This document shows positions 1-9,056 of a DNA stretch of 64,000 nt, in pieces. Every line of letters starts with the position of its first letter. Position 1 is the first letter of the stretch. Under the pieces are notes generated by a model, which saw nothing but the letters and a program-made list of their open reading frames with translations, did not search any database and was not told where the DNA came from. A program made the translations under genes and the position numbers. Location of the stretch: the IMG/VR virus record IMGVR_UViG_3300027759_000071, positions 18,227 to 82,226 of that record. One strand, 5' to 3'. This stretch comes from a virus.

Positions 1-35
1 ATAGGTAACATTCAAAAAAGTGCTTAAGCAGAGGT

Positions 36-3000
36 ATGTATAATAGCGATTTCAACACAAGTAGATATAATGACCCAAACGTAACGGTAACTAAGATTAC
101 TGAAAATATAAATCGTGTCACAATATCACAAGCGGGAGTTCCTGGTCCAAAGGGCGATAAGGGTGACCCGTATGGTTCATCTGGAACGGCAGGGTCATCG
201 GGAACATCTGGGACAAGTGGTACATCGGGCTCTGCTGGAAGTAGTGGTACAAGCGGTACAACTGGTTCACATGGCACATCTGGTTTTAGAGGCCCTGCCG
301 GAACAAGTGGTACAACGGGTAAAGATGGTACATATTTCGGAAGTAGTGGAACTTCAGGAACAACTGGTTCGCATGGTACATCTGGTACAAGCGGCTCATC
401 GGGAACATCTGGCACAAGTGGTACATCGGGAACATCTGGAACAAGTGGTACATCTGCAACGGATGGTAGTGCTGGCACTGACGGTAGCGCTGGTACTGAT
501 GGTAGTGCAGGAACGGATGGAACGGCTGGAACTGATGGTTCAGCTGGTACAACAGGTTCACATGGCACATCTGGTACTAGTGGAAAAAATGGTACATCTG
601 GCTCATCGGGAACATCTGGCACAAGTGGTTCATCTGGAAGTAGTGGTTCAACGGGAACTGCTGGTACATCTGGTACAACCGGCTCACAAGGTACATCTGG
701 TACATCTGGAAGTAGTGGAAGTGATGGTTCGTCTGGTACATCTGGTACTGATGGCTCTGCTGGTACATCGGGAAGTAGTGGAAGTAGCGGAAGTAGTGGT
801 ACTGATGGTAGTGCTGGAACTGATGGTAGTGCGGGAACAGATGGTTCAGCCGGTACATCGGGAAGTTCTGGAAGTAGTGGAACTGATGGTAGTGCCGGAA
901 CATCAGGAACAAGTGGTAGCAGTGGTTTAGCAGGTAAAGCTGGTTCATCGGGAACATCCGGTACGAGAGGTACATCTGGTAGTAGTGGAGCAAGAGGACC
1001 TAATGGTTCTAATGGTTCATCTGGGTCATCGGGAACTTCAGGAAAAAATGGTACATCTGGTAGTAGTGGTAATGATGGTACATCCGGTAGTAGTGGAAGT
1101 GATGGTTCATCTGGTACAAGCGGTACTGCTGGTTTAAGTGGAGCTGATGGTCCTATTTGGATTTTTGATTCAACTATTGCAGCATTTAATGAACCTACCT
1201 CTGGACATTTTATAACAAATGATAATTTCTTTAGTTCTATTCTTAATGTTAGTATTTGTGAAGCAAATGCATCTAATGGAGATATGTATGGATGGTTTAA
1301 CGCAATTAGCGTATATGCAGCAAATGGACATGATACATATGTAAGAATTAGTCAAGTTGGAAACACTGGTAATTTTGGTATTTATAAACTTAATACTTGC
1401 AATCGTAACCTATCAGGATTAAATCCATATTGGGATATTACATTCTATCAAGTTATTGCATCATCTGGACTTTTAGATAATGGAATTTCTTTTTCATTTT
1501 CTTGGTTTACAAATGGTATAACTGGTACATCGGGAACATCTGGCACAAGCGGCACATCTGGTGAAAGTGGTAGTGATGGCTCAGCTGGTACATCTGGAAC
1601 ATCTGGTACATCTGGAAGTGGTGGCTCAACTGGTTCGGCTGGTACATCGGGAACATCTGGCACAAGTGGGAGTAGTGGAAGTAATGGTTCATCGGGAACA
1701 TCAGGAACATCTGGTACAAGCGGTACATCTGGAAGTGATGGTAGTACGGGGTCAGCGGGAACATCTGGAACATCTGGCACAAGAGGAACATCGGGAAGTA
1801 GTGGTAGAACTCCTATTCAAGGTATAGATTATATTAGTACATCAGGTACAACCGGTTCGGCTGGTACATCCGGATTAGATGGGCAATTTTTAGGAAGTAG
1901 TGGTTCGTCTGGTAAAGATGGAACATCAGGAAGTTCTGGTTTTAATGGTACGGCTGGTTCATCGGGAACATCTGGTTCATCGGGTTCATCTGGTATTTCA
2001 ATAGCAGGTACATCTGGTTCATCTGGTACAACGGGTTCATATGGCACATCTGGTAGTGGTGGGCAAACTGGTTCATCGGGAACATCTGGAAGTGATGGAT
2101 ATGATGGAACATCTGGTACATCTGGACAAGCTGGTTCATCGGGAACATCTGGTTCATCTGGTTCATCTGGAACATCTGGATTTGATGGAGGACCTGGTTT
2201 AAATGGTACGGCTGGAAGTAGTGGTACATCGGGAACGCAAGGTGCACAAGGAGATCCTGGTACATCGGGAACATCTGGTACATCTGGTAGTAGTGGACTT
2301 GCTGGATTTTCAGGAACATCTGGAACATCTGGTACTGGTGGTTCGGCTGGTACATCTGGAAGTAGTGGAACATCTGGTACGACAGGTAAAGATGGACAAA
2401 ATGGTACATCGGGAACATCTGGAACTGGTGGTACATCATCAACCGCTGGTAGTGCTGGTACGGCAGGTTCATCTGGCACAGGCGGTTCTGCTGGAACTGA
2501 TGGAGTAGCTGGTTCATCTGGAACATCCGGTAAAAGTGGTACGGATGGTGCAGCTGGTAAAGATGGTTCGTCTGGAACATCGGGAAACACAGGATATAAT
2601 GGTACTGATGGTTCAGCCGGCTCATCTGGAGTTAGTGGTACATCTGGTACAACTGGTTATAGTGGTGTTAATGGAACATCTGGAAGTAGTGGTGCTAATG
2701 GAGCAGCTGGTACATCTGGTAAAGATGGTGCTGGATTTAGTGCTATATCACCTACAACATCTGGAGCAGTATTAACGGCAAATGGTACGGCAACAAGTGC
2801 AACAGCAAATACGGGTGTAACTATTACTGGTAACACACTTTATGCAGATGCATATTATCAAAATTCATCTCGAACTTTAAAAACTAATATTCTTCCATTT
2901 AATAAATCGGCATTACAAATTATTGGAAATGTTAATGTTGTAGAATTTAATTATTTAACTGATTTAAAAAATAGACATATTGGATTTATTGCAGAAGATA

Positions 3001-3119
3001 CTCCAGTTGAATTGACAACTAAACATCAAAATACAATGGATGTTCCATCTACTGTGGGAGTATTGGTAAAAGCAGTTCAAGAATTAGAAAAAAGAGTTAA
3101 GGATTTAGAAAATAAGTAA
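36..3119 (+). CDS. Collagen-like (Gly-X-Ser) fibre protein with C-terminal intramolecular chaperone (peptidase S74-like)
   Basis: Starts with true collagen triplets GVPGPKGDKGDP. Two long G-T/S-S tracts are split by a ~120-aa globular insert. The C-terminus SSRTLKTNI...IGFIAED...LVKAVQELEKRV is typical of the S74 chaperone. Confidence 0.8.
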   Translation: MYNSDFNTSRYNDPNVTVTKITENINRVTISQAGVPGPKGDKGDPYGSSGTAGSSGTSGTSGTSGSAGSSGTSGTTGSHGTSGFRGPAGTSGTTGKDGTYFGSSGTSGTTGSHGTSGTSGSSGTSGTSGTSGTSGTSGTSATDGSAGTDGSAGTDGSAGTDGTAGTDGSAGTTGSHGTSGTSGKNGTSGSSGTSGTSGSSGSSGSTGTAGTSGTTGSQGTSGTSGSSGSDGSSGTSGTDGSAGTSGSSGSSGSSGTDGSAGTDGSAGTDGSAGTSGSSGSSGTDGSAGTSGTSGSSGLAGKAGSSGTSGTRGTSGSSGARGPNGSNGSSGSSGTSGKNGTSGSSGNDGTSGSSGSDGSSGTSGTAGLSGADGPIWIFDSTIAAFNEPTSGHFITNDNFFSSILNVSICEANASNGDMYGWFNAISVYAANGHDTYVRISQVGNTGNFGIYKLNTCNRNLSGLNPYWDITFYQVIASSGLLDNGISFSFSWFTNGITGTSGTSGTSGTSGESGSDGSAGTSGTSGTSGSGGSTGSAGTSGTSGTSGSSGSNGSSGTSGTSGTSGTSGSDGSTGSAGTSGTSGTRGTSGSSGRTPIQGIDYISTSGTTGSAGTSGLDGQFLGSSGSSGKDGTSGSSGFNGTAGSSGTSGSSGSSGISIAGTSGSSGTTGSYGTSGSGGQTGSSGTSGSDGYDGTSGTSGQAGSSGTSGSSGSSGTSGFDGGPGLNGTAGSSGTSGTQGAQGDPGTSGTSGTSGSSGLAGFSGTSGTSGTGGSAGTSGSSGTSGTTGKDGQNGTSGTSGTGGTSSTAGSAGTAGSSGTGGSAGTDGVAGSSGTSGKSGTDGAAGKDGSSGTSGNTGYNGTDGSAGSSGVSGTSGTTGYSGVNGTSGSSGANGAAGTSGKDGAGFSAISPTTSGAVLTANGTATSATANTGVTITGNTLYADAYYQNSSRTLKTNILPFNKSALQIIGNVNVVEFNYLTDLKNRHIGFIAEDTPVELTTKHQNTMDVPSTVGVLVKAVQELEKRVKDLENK

Positions 3120-5077
3120 TGAGTAAAGTTAATAATTATCTAGTAACATTTACGGAAGTTAGTACTATGGGATTTACCGCCAAAGCAACTTGGCCGGTTG
3201 GGTCTGGTAGTTACGCAATGAATAGAGGTGAGGTTGATACCTATTGGTATGTAAGACAAGATGGAGCAACTTATTCAGCATATACAAATAAGAGATATCC
3301 TCGTTATCAGGATTTAGAAGCAACTACAACTACTTCAACTACTTCAACTACTTCAACTACCACAACACCCGCCCCAAGTACTATGTTTGGTAAATCAACC
3401 AGTACATATGCTACTGTTGGATTGGCCTGTGCCGGAACAATAACTGGAACGGTATATCAAGACCCAGCATACGGAACAACGCCAACATCTGGACAGCAAT
3501 TATATACTGATAGTGGTAGAACTACAACTTGGACTCCACCATCAACATCTGGATATTATCTATTTCAATATGGAAGTACCTCAAAATGGGCAGTTAGTGT
3601 AAGTAGTGGAGGTGTTATTACAGGAGTTACATCGTGTTATTACTCAGCAGTTATTGGATATGATGCATCATCTGTAACTACCGCTTGTTCTCTTACAAAT
3701 TCAATAGGTGTTACTGGTAATGATACTGATTTTTGTAATTCAACAAGCTTTACATCTGCTGCAGGATTTTCAATGGCTACTGGAAATTATTATCTATCGG
3801 ATGGAACTAATTATATACAATGTAGTCACACAACTAGTACTAATTTATTCACTAGAATTAGTTTTGGGTGTACTACATGTCCAGGTACAACCACAACAAC
3901 TACAACCACAACAGCAGGTCCTTGTCAAGTATCATTGAGTCCTAGTAATGTTGATGGCGCTACGGCATGTGATAATTGGAATAATGTAATTGATAGAACA
4001 ACATATTATGCATTATATGCAGGATGTTCTGCAACCAATGGCCAACAACTTTATACTAATAGTGGATTAACAACATTAATTCCAAATGGTTGGTATTCTG
4101 ATGGTACTAATTATTGGTTAGTTGCTGGCGGAGCTGGTACTTTAAATAGCCAAACTGCATGTGCTGGAACAACTACAACCACTACAACCACTACAACTAC
4201 AACAACTACAACAACTACAACAGCAGCTCCATTAAATTCAGTAACCTATGGGTATCACTTATCTGACCCAGACCAAGCATGTACAAATTATGAAACAAAT
4301 GTACATGTGACGAAATATAATGCAGGGAATGCAGCTTCTGCAAATGGTATTACAATATACAATAACTCTAATGGTAGTGGTACACCTACGGATGGATATT
4401 ATGCTAGAGGCAGTAATGTTTGGTATTCTACCAGTGGTGTATTAGGAAGTGAAGCTGCATGTTATGGAGGAACAACCACTACAACCACTACAACTACAAC
4501 AACGGAGCCGCCAACAACAACGACTACAACAACAACGACTACAACAACGGAGCCGCCAACAACAACGACTACAACAACGGAGCCGCCAACAACAACGACT
4601 ACAACAAGTACTTCAACTACAACGGAGCCGCCAACAACTACGACTACAACAACTGCAGCACCATCTGTAGTGAATATCACAGTTAATTATGAGAGTGCAA
4701 ATAATTTAGGAAACATAACATCTTTAGAAATAATAGGAAATGATGGTACGGGATACCCAGTTACCATAACATCGGGAACATTCCCATTAACTACCGTTGG
4801 GCAATCGGTAACAGCAACCACACCGCACTACGATGGTGAATATACATGGGATACTGACTATCCAAACGGTGTATATGCACCTGTTTTATGGGAAGTTAGA
4901 CTTTACTATAATAATATTGGTGGAGCAATTGATAAAACAGTTGCAACAAGAAATGGAACAGAATCTGTTTGTTTTGGTTTAAGTTCAGTATCAGGACCGG
5001 GAGCAACTCAATTTGGATTTAGTGCACTAAACCTAGGGGACAGTATTGTAATTGAAGCTAAAGCTGGAATTTGTTAA
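3119..5077 (+). CDS. Mucin-like Thr-rich protein with four Cys-bracketed beta-rich repeats (probable virion appendage)
   Basis: Poly-Thr linkers, 4x TEPP, and repeated AC...Y...G(Y/W/N)Y...C domains. TAATG overlap with the upstream gene. No signal peptide evident. Confidence 0.7.
   Translation: MSKVNNYLVTFTEVSTMGFTAKATWPVGSGSYAMNRGEVDTYWYVRQDGATYSAYTNKRYPRYQDLEATTTTSTTSTTSTTTTPAPSTMFGKSTSTYATVGLACAGTITGTVYQDPAYGTTPTSGQQLYTDSGRTTTWTPPSTSGYYLFQYGSTSKWAVSVSSGGVITGVTSCYYSAVIGYDASSVTTACSLTNSIGVTGNDTDFCNSTSFTSAAGFSMATGNYYLSDGTNYIQCSHTTSTNLFTRISFGCTTCPGTTTTTTTTTAGPCQVSLSPSNVDGATACDNWNNVIDRTTYYALYAGCSATNGQQLYTNSGLTTLIPNGWYSDGTNYWLVAGGAGTLNSQTACAGTTTTTTTTTTTTTTTTTTAAPLNSVTYGYHLSDPDQACTNYETNVHVTKYNAGNAASANGITIYNNSNGSGTPTDGYYARGSNVWYSTSGVLGSEAACYGGTTTTTTTTTTTEPPTTTTTTTTTTTTEPPTTTTTTTEPPTTTTTTSTSTTTEPPTTTTTTTAAPSVVNITVNYESANNLGNITSLEIIGNDGTGYPVTITSGTFPLTTVGQSVTATTPHYDGEYTWDTDYPNGVYAPVLWEVRLYYNNIGGAIDKTVATRNGTESVCFGLSSVSGPGATQFGFSALNLGDSIVIEAKAGIC
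4466..4655 (+). repeat. Thr-codon low-complexity tract with 4 copies of ACGGAGCCGCCAACAAC (TEPPT)
   Basis: Copies start at 4502, 4547, 4577 and 4622. Confidence 0.9.
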
Positions 5078-5130
5078 TAAGAAAGAATAAAACAAAAAAT
5101 TGATAATTATATTAAATAAAGGTTACAAAA

Positions 5131-7350
5131 ATGGAAGAACTATTTAAATCTTGGGGAATTCAATATGACCCAAATAATAGCATAAATGAATTAGCATCCA
5201 AACGAATTGAAGTTTGTAATTCATGCGAAAATAAAATACAAAACCAATTATCTAATAATATTTGTAATTTATGCGGATGTGGATTAAAATCAAAAGTATT
5301 CTCATCTGAAAAGGGTGAATGTCCTGCTGGAAAATGGAATGAGGTTGATAATATTCTGTTAAAAAAGAAAATACCACAAAATATAAGATATATATGTTGC
5401 CAACCAGCAATCACTTATTATACTTGGCAAGTTGAAGTTTTAATTAATAACTTCAAAAAGATGGGAGTTAATCCAAATTACATTGATATTGTATGTGCTA
5501 TTGATAATAATGTAATTCCACCAGAATGGATTAAATTAATGACTCATTATAATAGTGTTAGATTTTTCTTTTATAATGATACTAGAAAAGATAAAAATTA
5601 CCAACCATCCATTTATTTTAATCTGATGAAGCAGCATATTGTTGCAAGACCGGAAATTCAAAAGGATGTTTTATTTTTACATGATTCGGATATTGTATTT
5701 ACTAAACCAGTAAATTTTAATTCAATGATGTTTGGAGATGCTTGGTATGTAAGTAACACAAATTCTTATATAAACTACGATTACATACAAGTTAAAGGAA
5801 ACGATATTTACGAAAAAATGTGTGATATAGTTGGTATAAATAAAAATATACCAAAGTTGATGAATAACAATTCAGGCGGAGCTCAGTATATTGTTAAAAA
5901 TACTACTTATAAATTTTGGGATAAAGTAGAAAATGATAGTATTGAATTGTATAAATATTTTTGTGAAGTAGAACCGCAATATGTAAAAAAGAATGAATAT
6001 GATTATCCAATTCAAAAATGGACTGCTGGCATGTGGTCTTTACTTTGGAATGCTTGGTTAGCTGGACATGAAACTATTGTTGATACAAGAATGGATTTTG
6101 GATGGGTTACAAATTCTTACGATGATGTAAATAAATATGCAATATTACATAATTCTGGAGTTACTCCTGCTTTTAAAAATTTGTTTTTAAAAAGTAATTA
6201 TATAAATAAATTACCATATTTTGAAAATATTGAAGTAGATACAAATAGGGCATCTTATTATTATTGGCAAGAAGTGTGTGAAACTGCAAATAAATCTATA
6301 TTAATAGAGTCAACGCCTGAGATGAAAATTAAAAAAGATTTTGAAAAATACAAAATAACTCAATTACAATTAGACCCTTATGGTGTATGTAACGCAAAAT
6401 GTTGGTATTGTCCTGTAAAATATAAAGGAAATCCGGTAGAGGGTAGAGAAGTAATGAGTATTGAATTGATGGAAAAGATAATTAAAAATCTAATAGATGA
6501 AAGAGATAAGCCAAACGGATTAGTAGGAAAAACATTTAACGGATTATATACAGCGCATTATAACGAAATTTTATTATATCCACATTTTGAAGAATTTTTA
6601 AAACTATGTAGAAAATATAAATTAGTTACAATGGTACTTTCAAACGGAGTACCTTTGACTCGTAGTAAAATTGATATACTAAAAGAATATCAAGATGTAC
6701 TAAGTGGAATATGCCTAAATACCCCAGCATTTGATGCAGAAACTTGGAGTAAACGAAGTGGTATTAATATAAAGCAGTTTGATACTTTAATTGATAATAT
6801 AACATATGCAGTTGAACAATTACCAAATATGGTTAAAAACAAAGCATTTTCAATTCAAATAAATGGAGTGCATGATTTATCATTTGGAGATAAAGGTGGA
6901 TGGTTAGAAAAGGGAGAGCAATTTCCACATGATATAGATTTGGATGTTGAAACTGGAGAATTGGTACAACAAAAGAAAAAAGCTGAGGAATTATTTCCTG
7001 ATGTAAACATATTCACTGTCCCATATCTAATTGATAGAGCAGGATTACTGGATGAAGTAATAACCAACAAACCTGCAATTGAGAGAAATTTAATGAGAAA
7101 TAACGAAAGTAAGAAAGTTATTGGATGTGGTAATGGTAGAGAGGTGGGTGGTAGACCTATTGGTTGGTTACATGTAAATGCCGCTGGGGATGCTTTCCTA
7201 TGTTGTAACGATTATGATTTTGATTTTAAATTTGGTAATTTTAAAACGCAAGAATTAAGAGATTTTTGGGGAAACGAAGAACATATCCAAAAAATTAAAA
7301 CCTCTTATGAAACTATATGTACGAATTGCGCATCTGCAGTTTTTGAGTAA
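5131..7350 (+). CDS. Fusion protein: Cys-rich N-terminal domain + GT-A glycosyltransferase (GT95/GT96-like) + radical SAM with SPASM/twitch domain
   Basis: N-terminus CxxC...CxxCGC...CPxGKW. GT part: YYTWQVEVLINNFKKMG, DxD motif in FLHDSDIVF (5683-5691), GGAQY, KWTAGMW. Radical SAM CNAKCWYC (6388-6411). C-terminal C...GDAFLCCND...CxxC. Confidence 0.8.
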   Translation: MEELFKSWGIQYDPNNSINELASKRIEVCNSCENKIQNQLSNNICNLCGCGLKSKVFSSEKGECPAGKWNEVDNILLKKKIPQNIRYICCQPAITYYTWQVEVLINNFKKMGVNPNYIDIVCAIDNNVIPPEWIKLMTHYNSVRFFFYNDTRKDKNYQPSIYFNLMKQHIVARPEIQKDVLFLHDSDIVFTKPVNFNSMMFGDAWYVSNTNSYINYDYIQVKGNDIYEKMCDIVGINKNIPKLMNNNSGGAQYIVKNTTYKFWDKVENDSIELYKYFCEVEPQYVKKNEYDYPIQKWTAGMWSLLWNAWLAGHETIVDTRMDFGWVTNSYDDVNKYAILHNSGVTPAFKNLFLKSNYINKLPYFENIEVDTNRASYYYWQEVCETANKSILIESTPEMKIKKDFEKYKITQLQLDPYGVCNAKCWYCPVKYKGNPVEGREVMSIELMEKIIKNLIDERDKPNGLVGKTFNGLYTAHYNEILLYPHFEEFLKLCRKYKLVTMVLSNGVPLTRSKIDILKEYQDVLSGICLNTPAFDAETWSKRSGINIKQFDTLIDNITYAVEQLPNMVKNKAFSIQINGVHDLSFGDKGGWLEKGEQFPHDIDLDVETGELVQQKKKAEELFPDVNIFTVPYLIDRAGLLDEVITNKPAIERNLMRNNESKKVIGCGNGREVGGRPIGWLHVNAAGDAFLCCNDYDFDFKFGNFKTQELRDFWGNEEHIQKIKTSYETICTNCASAVFE

Positions 7351-7372
7351 AATAGTATTCTTTTGATTTCTA

Positions 7373-7381
7373 ATATTTATA
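7373..7381 (+). promoter_or_regulatory. Putative phage late promoter ATATTTATA
   Basis: The motif recurs in intergenic gaps ahead of structural genes; here it is 26 nt before the ATG at 7408. Confidence 0.6.
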
Positions 7382-7407
7382 GGTAACGTTAAAATAAGTA
7401 CTTATAA

Positions 7408-8598
7408 ATGGAACAACAATATCAACCGGGCCAAGTAACAGAAATACTAATATATCCGGGTTCATCTTCTTTTTTTCCTGGTCAAACACCATTTGGAATA
7501 TATGATGAGGATTACCGATTTAGTGAAGATGCTCCTAAAATGGCACTTTGGTGTGCTAGAAGATTGGGATACCCTATTCAAAATATCGAATTAATAGATG
7601 AAAACTTCTATGCATGTTTTGAAGAAGCAACATCGGAATACTCCGCACAAGTAAATCAATTTAATATCAGAAATGACCTTTATTCACTTAAAGGTAGACC
7701 ATCTGGTACAAACTATTCACAAAAATTAGTAGAAGGTACTATTTTGCCACACTTAGTACAAATTTCAGACGCATATGGTACTTTGGTAGGAGTTGGTGGA
7801 AATACTGAAATTAAGAAAACAAAGATAACTTTAACAGCGGGTCAGCAAGTATATGATTTAGATACATTGATATCAGTTGTGAGTGAAAGTGGTAATCGTA
7901 TTGATATTAGTAGAGTTTATTTTGAAGCAACGCCAGCAATCAATAGATTCTTTGACCCATATTCAGTAAGTGGACAAGGTACATTGAATTTAATTGATGA
8001 ATTTGGATTTGGTTCATATTCACCAGCAGCACAATTTGTATTGATGCCTGTATTTGAAGATTTACTTAGAATACAACATATTGAGTTTAATGACCAGATT
8101 AGAAAATCGGCACATACATTTAATATAATAGATAATAAACTTACTATATTTCCAAGACCAACAACTACAACAATCTCAACAAAACCAAATCTTTACATAG
8201 ATTATTTTGTAAGAAACGATTTTATAACAAATTCTACATCTGTTAAAAGCGATGTGGTAGCTGATTATTCTAATGTAGGATATGATTTTATTACATATGA
8301 TTCAATAAACGATGTTGGTAAGCAATGGATTAGAAAATATACATTAGCTTTAGTAAAAGAAATGTTAGGTGCTATTAGAGAGAAATATTCTAATATTCCT
8401 ATTCCTGGCGCAGAGATATCATTAGATGGAGCTGCATTGAGAAGTGAAGCACAAACCGAAAAAGATAACTTGATGACTCAATTAAGAGAAACTTTAGAAG
8501 AATTAAGTAGAAAGGTTCAGTTTGAAAACAGAGCTAATGAAGCTAAGCAACAGCAAGAAATGTTACAAAAAGTACCGTTGGCAATATACATTGGATAA
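7408..8598 (+). CDS. Neck / head-tail adaptor protein (T4 gp13-like)
   Basis: RRLGYP...IEL near the N-terminus and WIRKYTLALVKEMLG.IR.KY..IP.PG...LDG..L..EA near the C-terminus; first gene of the neck cluster. Confidence 0.7.
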   Translation: MEQQYQPGQVTEILIYPGSSSFFPGQTPFGIYDEDYRFSEDAPKMALWCARRLGYPIQNIELIDENFYACFEEATSEYSAQVNQFNIRNDLYSLKGRPSGTNYSQKLVEGTILPHLVQISDAYGTLVGVGGNTEIKKTKITLTAGQQVYDLDTLISVVSESGNRIDISRVYFEATPAINRFFDPYSVSGQGTLNLIDEFGFGSYSPAAQFVLMPVFEDLLRIQHIEFNDQIRKSAHTFNIIDNKLTIFPRPTTTTISTKPNLYIDYFVRNDFITNSTSVKSDVVADYSNVGYDFITYDSINDVGKQWIRKYTLALVKEMLGAIREKYSNIPIPGAEISLDGAALRSEAQTEKDNLMTQLRETLEELSRKVQFENRANEAKQQQEMLQKVPLAIYIG

Positions 8599-8600
8599 TT

Positions 8601-9056
8601 ATGGCAAGATTTGCATTAAGTAGAGATATAAAATTCTTTGAAGGAATATCAAGAGAATTAGTAGAAGCAGTAGTTGAAAACATTGTAGTTTTTTACAAGC
8701 TTATTATTAATGATTCTAAAGTAAACCTATATGGTGAATCGCTTTCTAAAAGTTATTACGATGGAGTACATTGTGCAGCTATGCTCGATAGACAAGATAC
8801 AACTGCTAATTATGAGGGATTTGGCGCAGATGCATCTCAAATTGTTCAATTCCGTTTTAATAGATTTACTTTAGAAGACAAAAACTTTTATCCTGAAATT
8901 GGCGATTTAATTTTTCATAATAACGCATATTACGAAATTGATAATGTAAATGAAGACCAGTTTATAGCTGGACAAGAATCTCATAAATTTTCAATAATAT
9001 GTTCTACATTTATGAGTAGAAAATCAACAATTCAAACTGAACCAAGAACTATATAA
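8601..9056 (+). CDS. Head closure / neck protein (T4 gp14-like)
   Basis: NLYGE, P.IGDLIF and YYEIDNV motifs; lies between the adaptor and the terminator. Confidence 0.6.
   Translation: MARFALSRDIKFFEGISRELVEAVVENIVVFYKLIINDSKVNLYGESLSKSYYDGVHCAAMLDRQDTTANYEGFGADASQIVQFRFNRFTLEDKNFYPEIGDLIFHNNAYYEIDNVNEDQFIAGQESHKFSIICSTFMSRKSTIQTEPRTI

Noticed and set aside
4500-4650. ACGGAGCCGCCAACAAC repeats as a possible CRISPR array
   Set aside because: They are in-frame coding repeats; the spacers are low-complexity and uneven, and there are no cas genes.
4449-4686. Poly-Gln, poly-Asn and poly-Val ORFs
   Set aside because: Alternate frames of the ACA/ACT/ACG poly-Thr tract.
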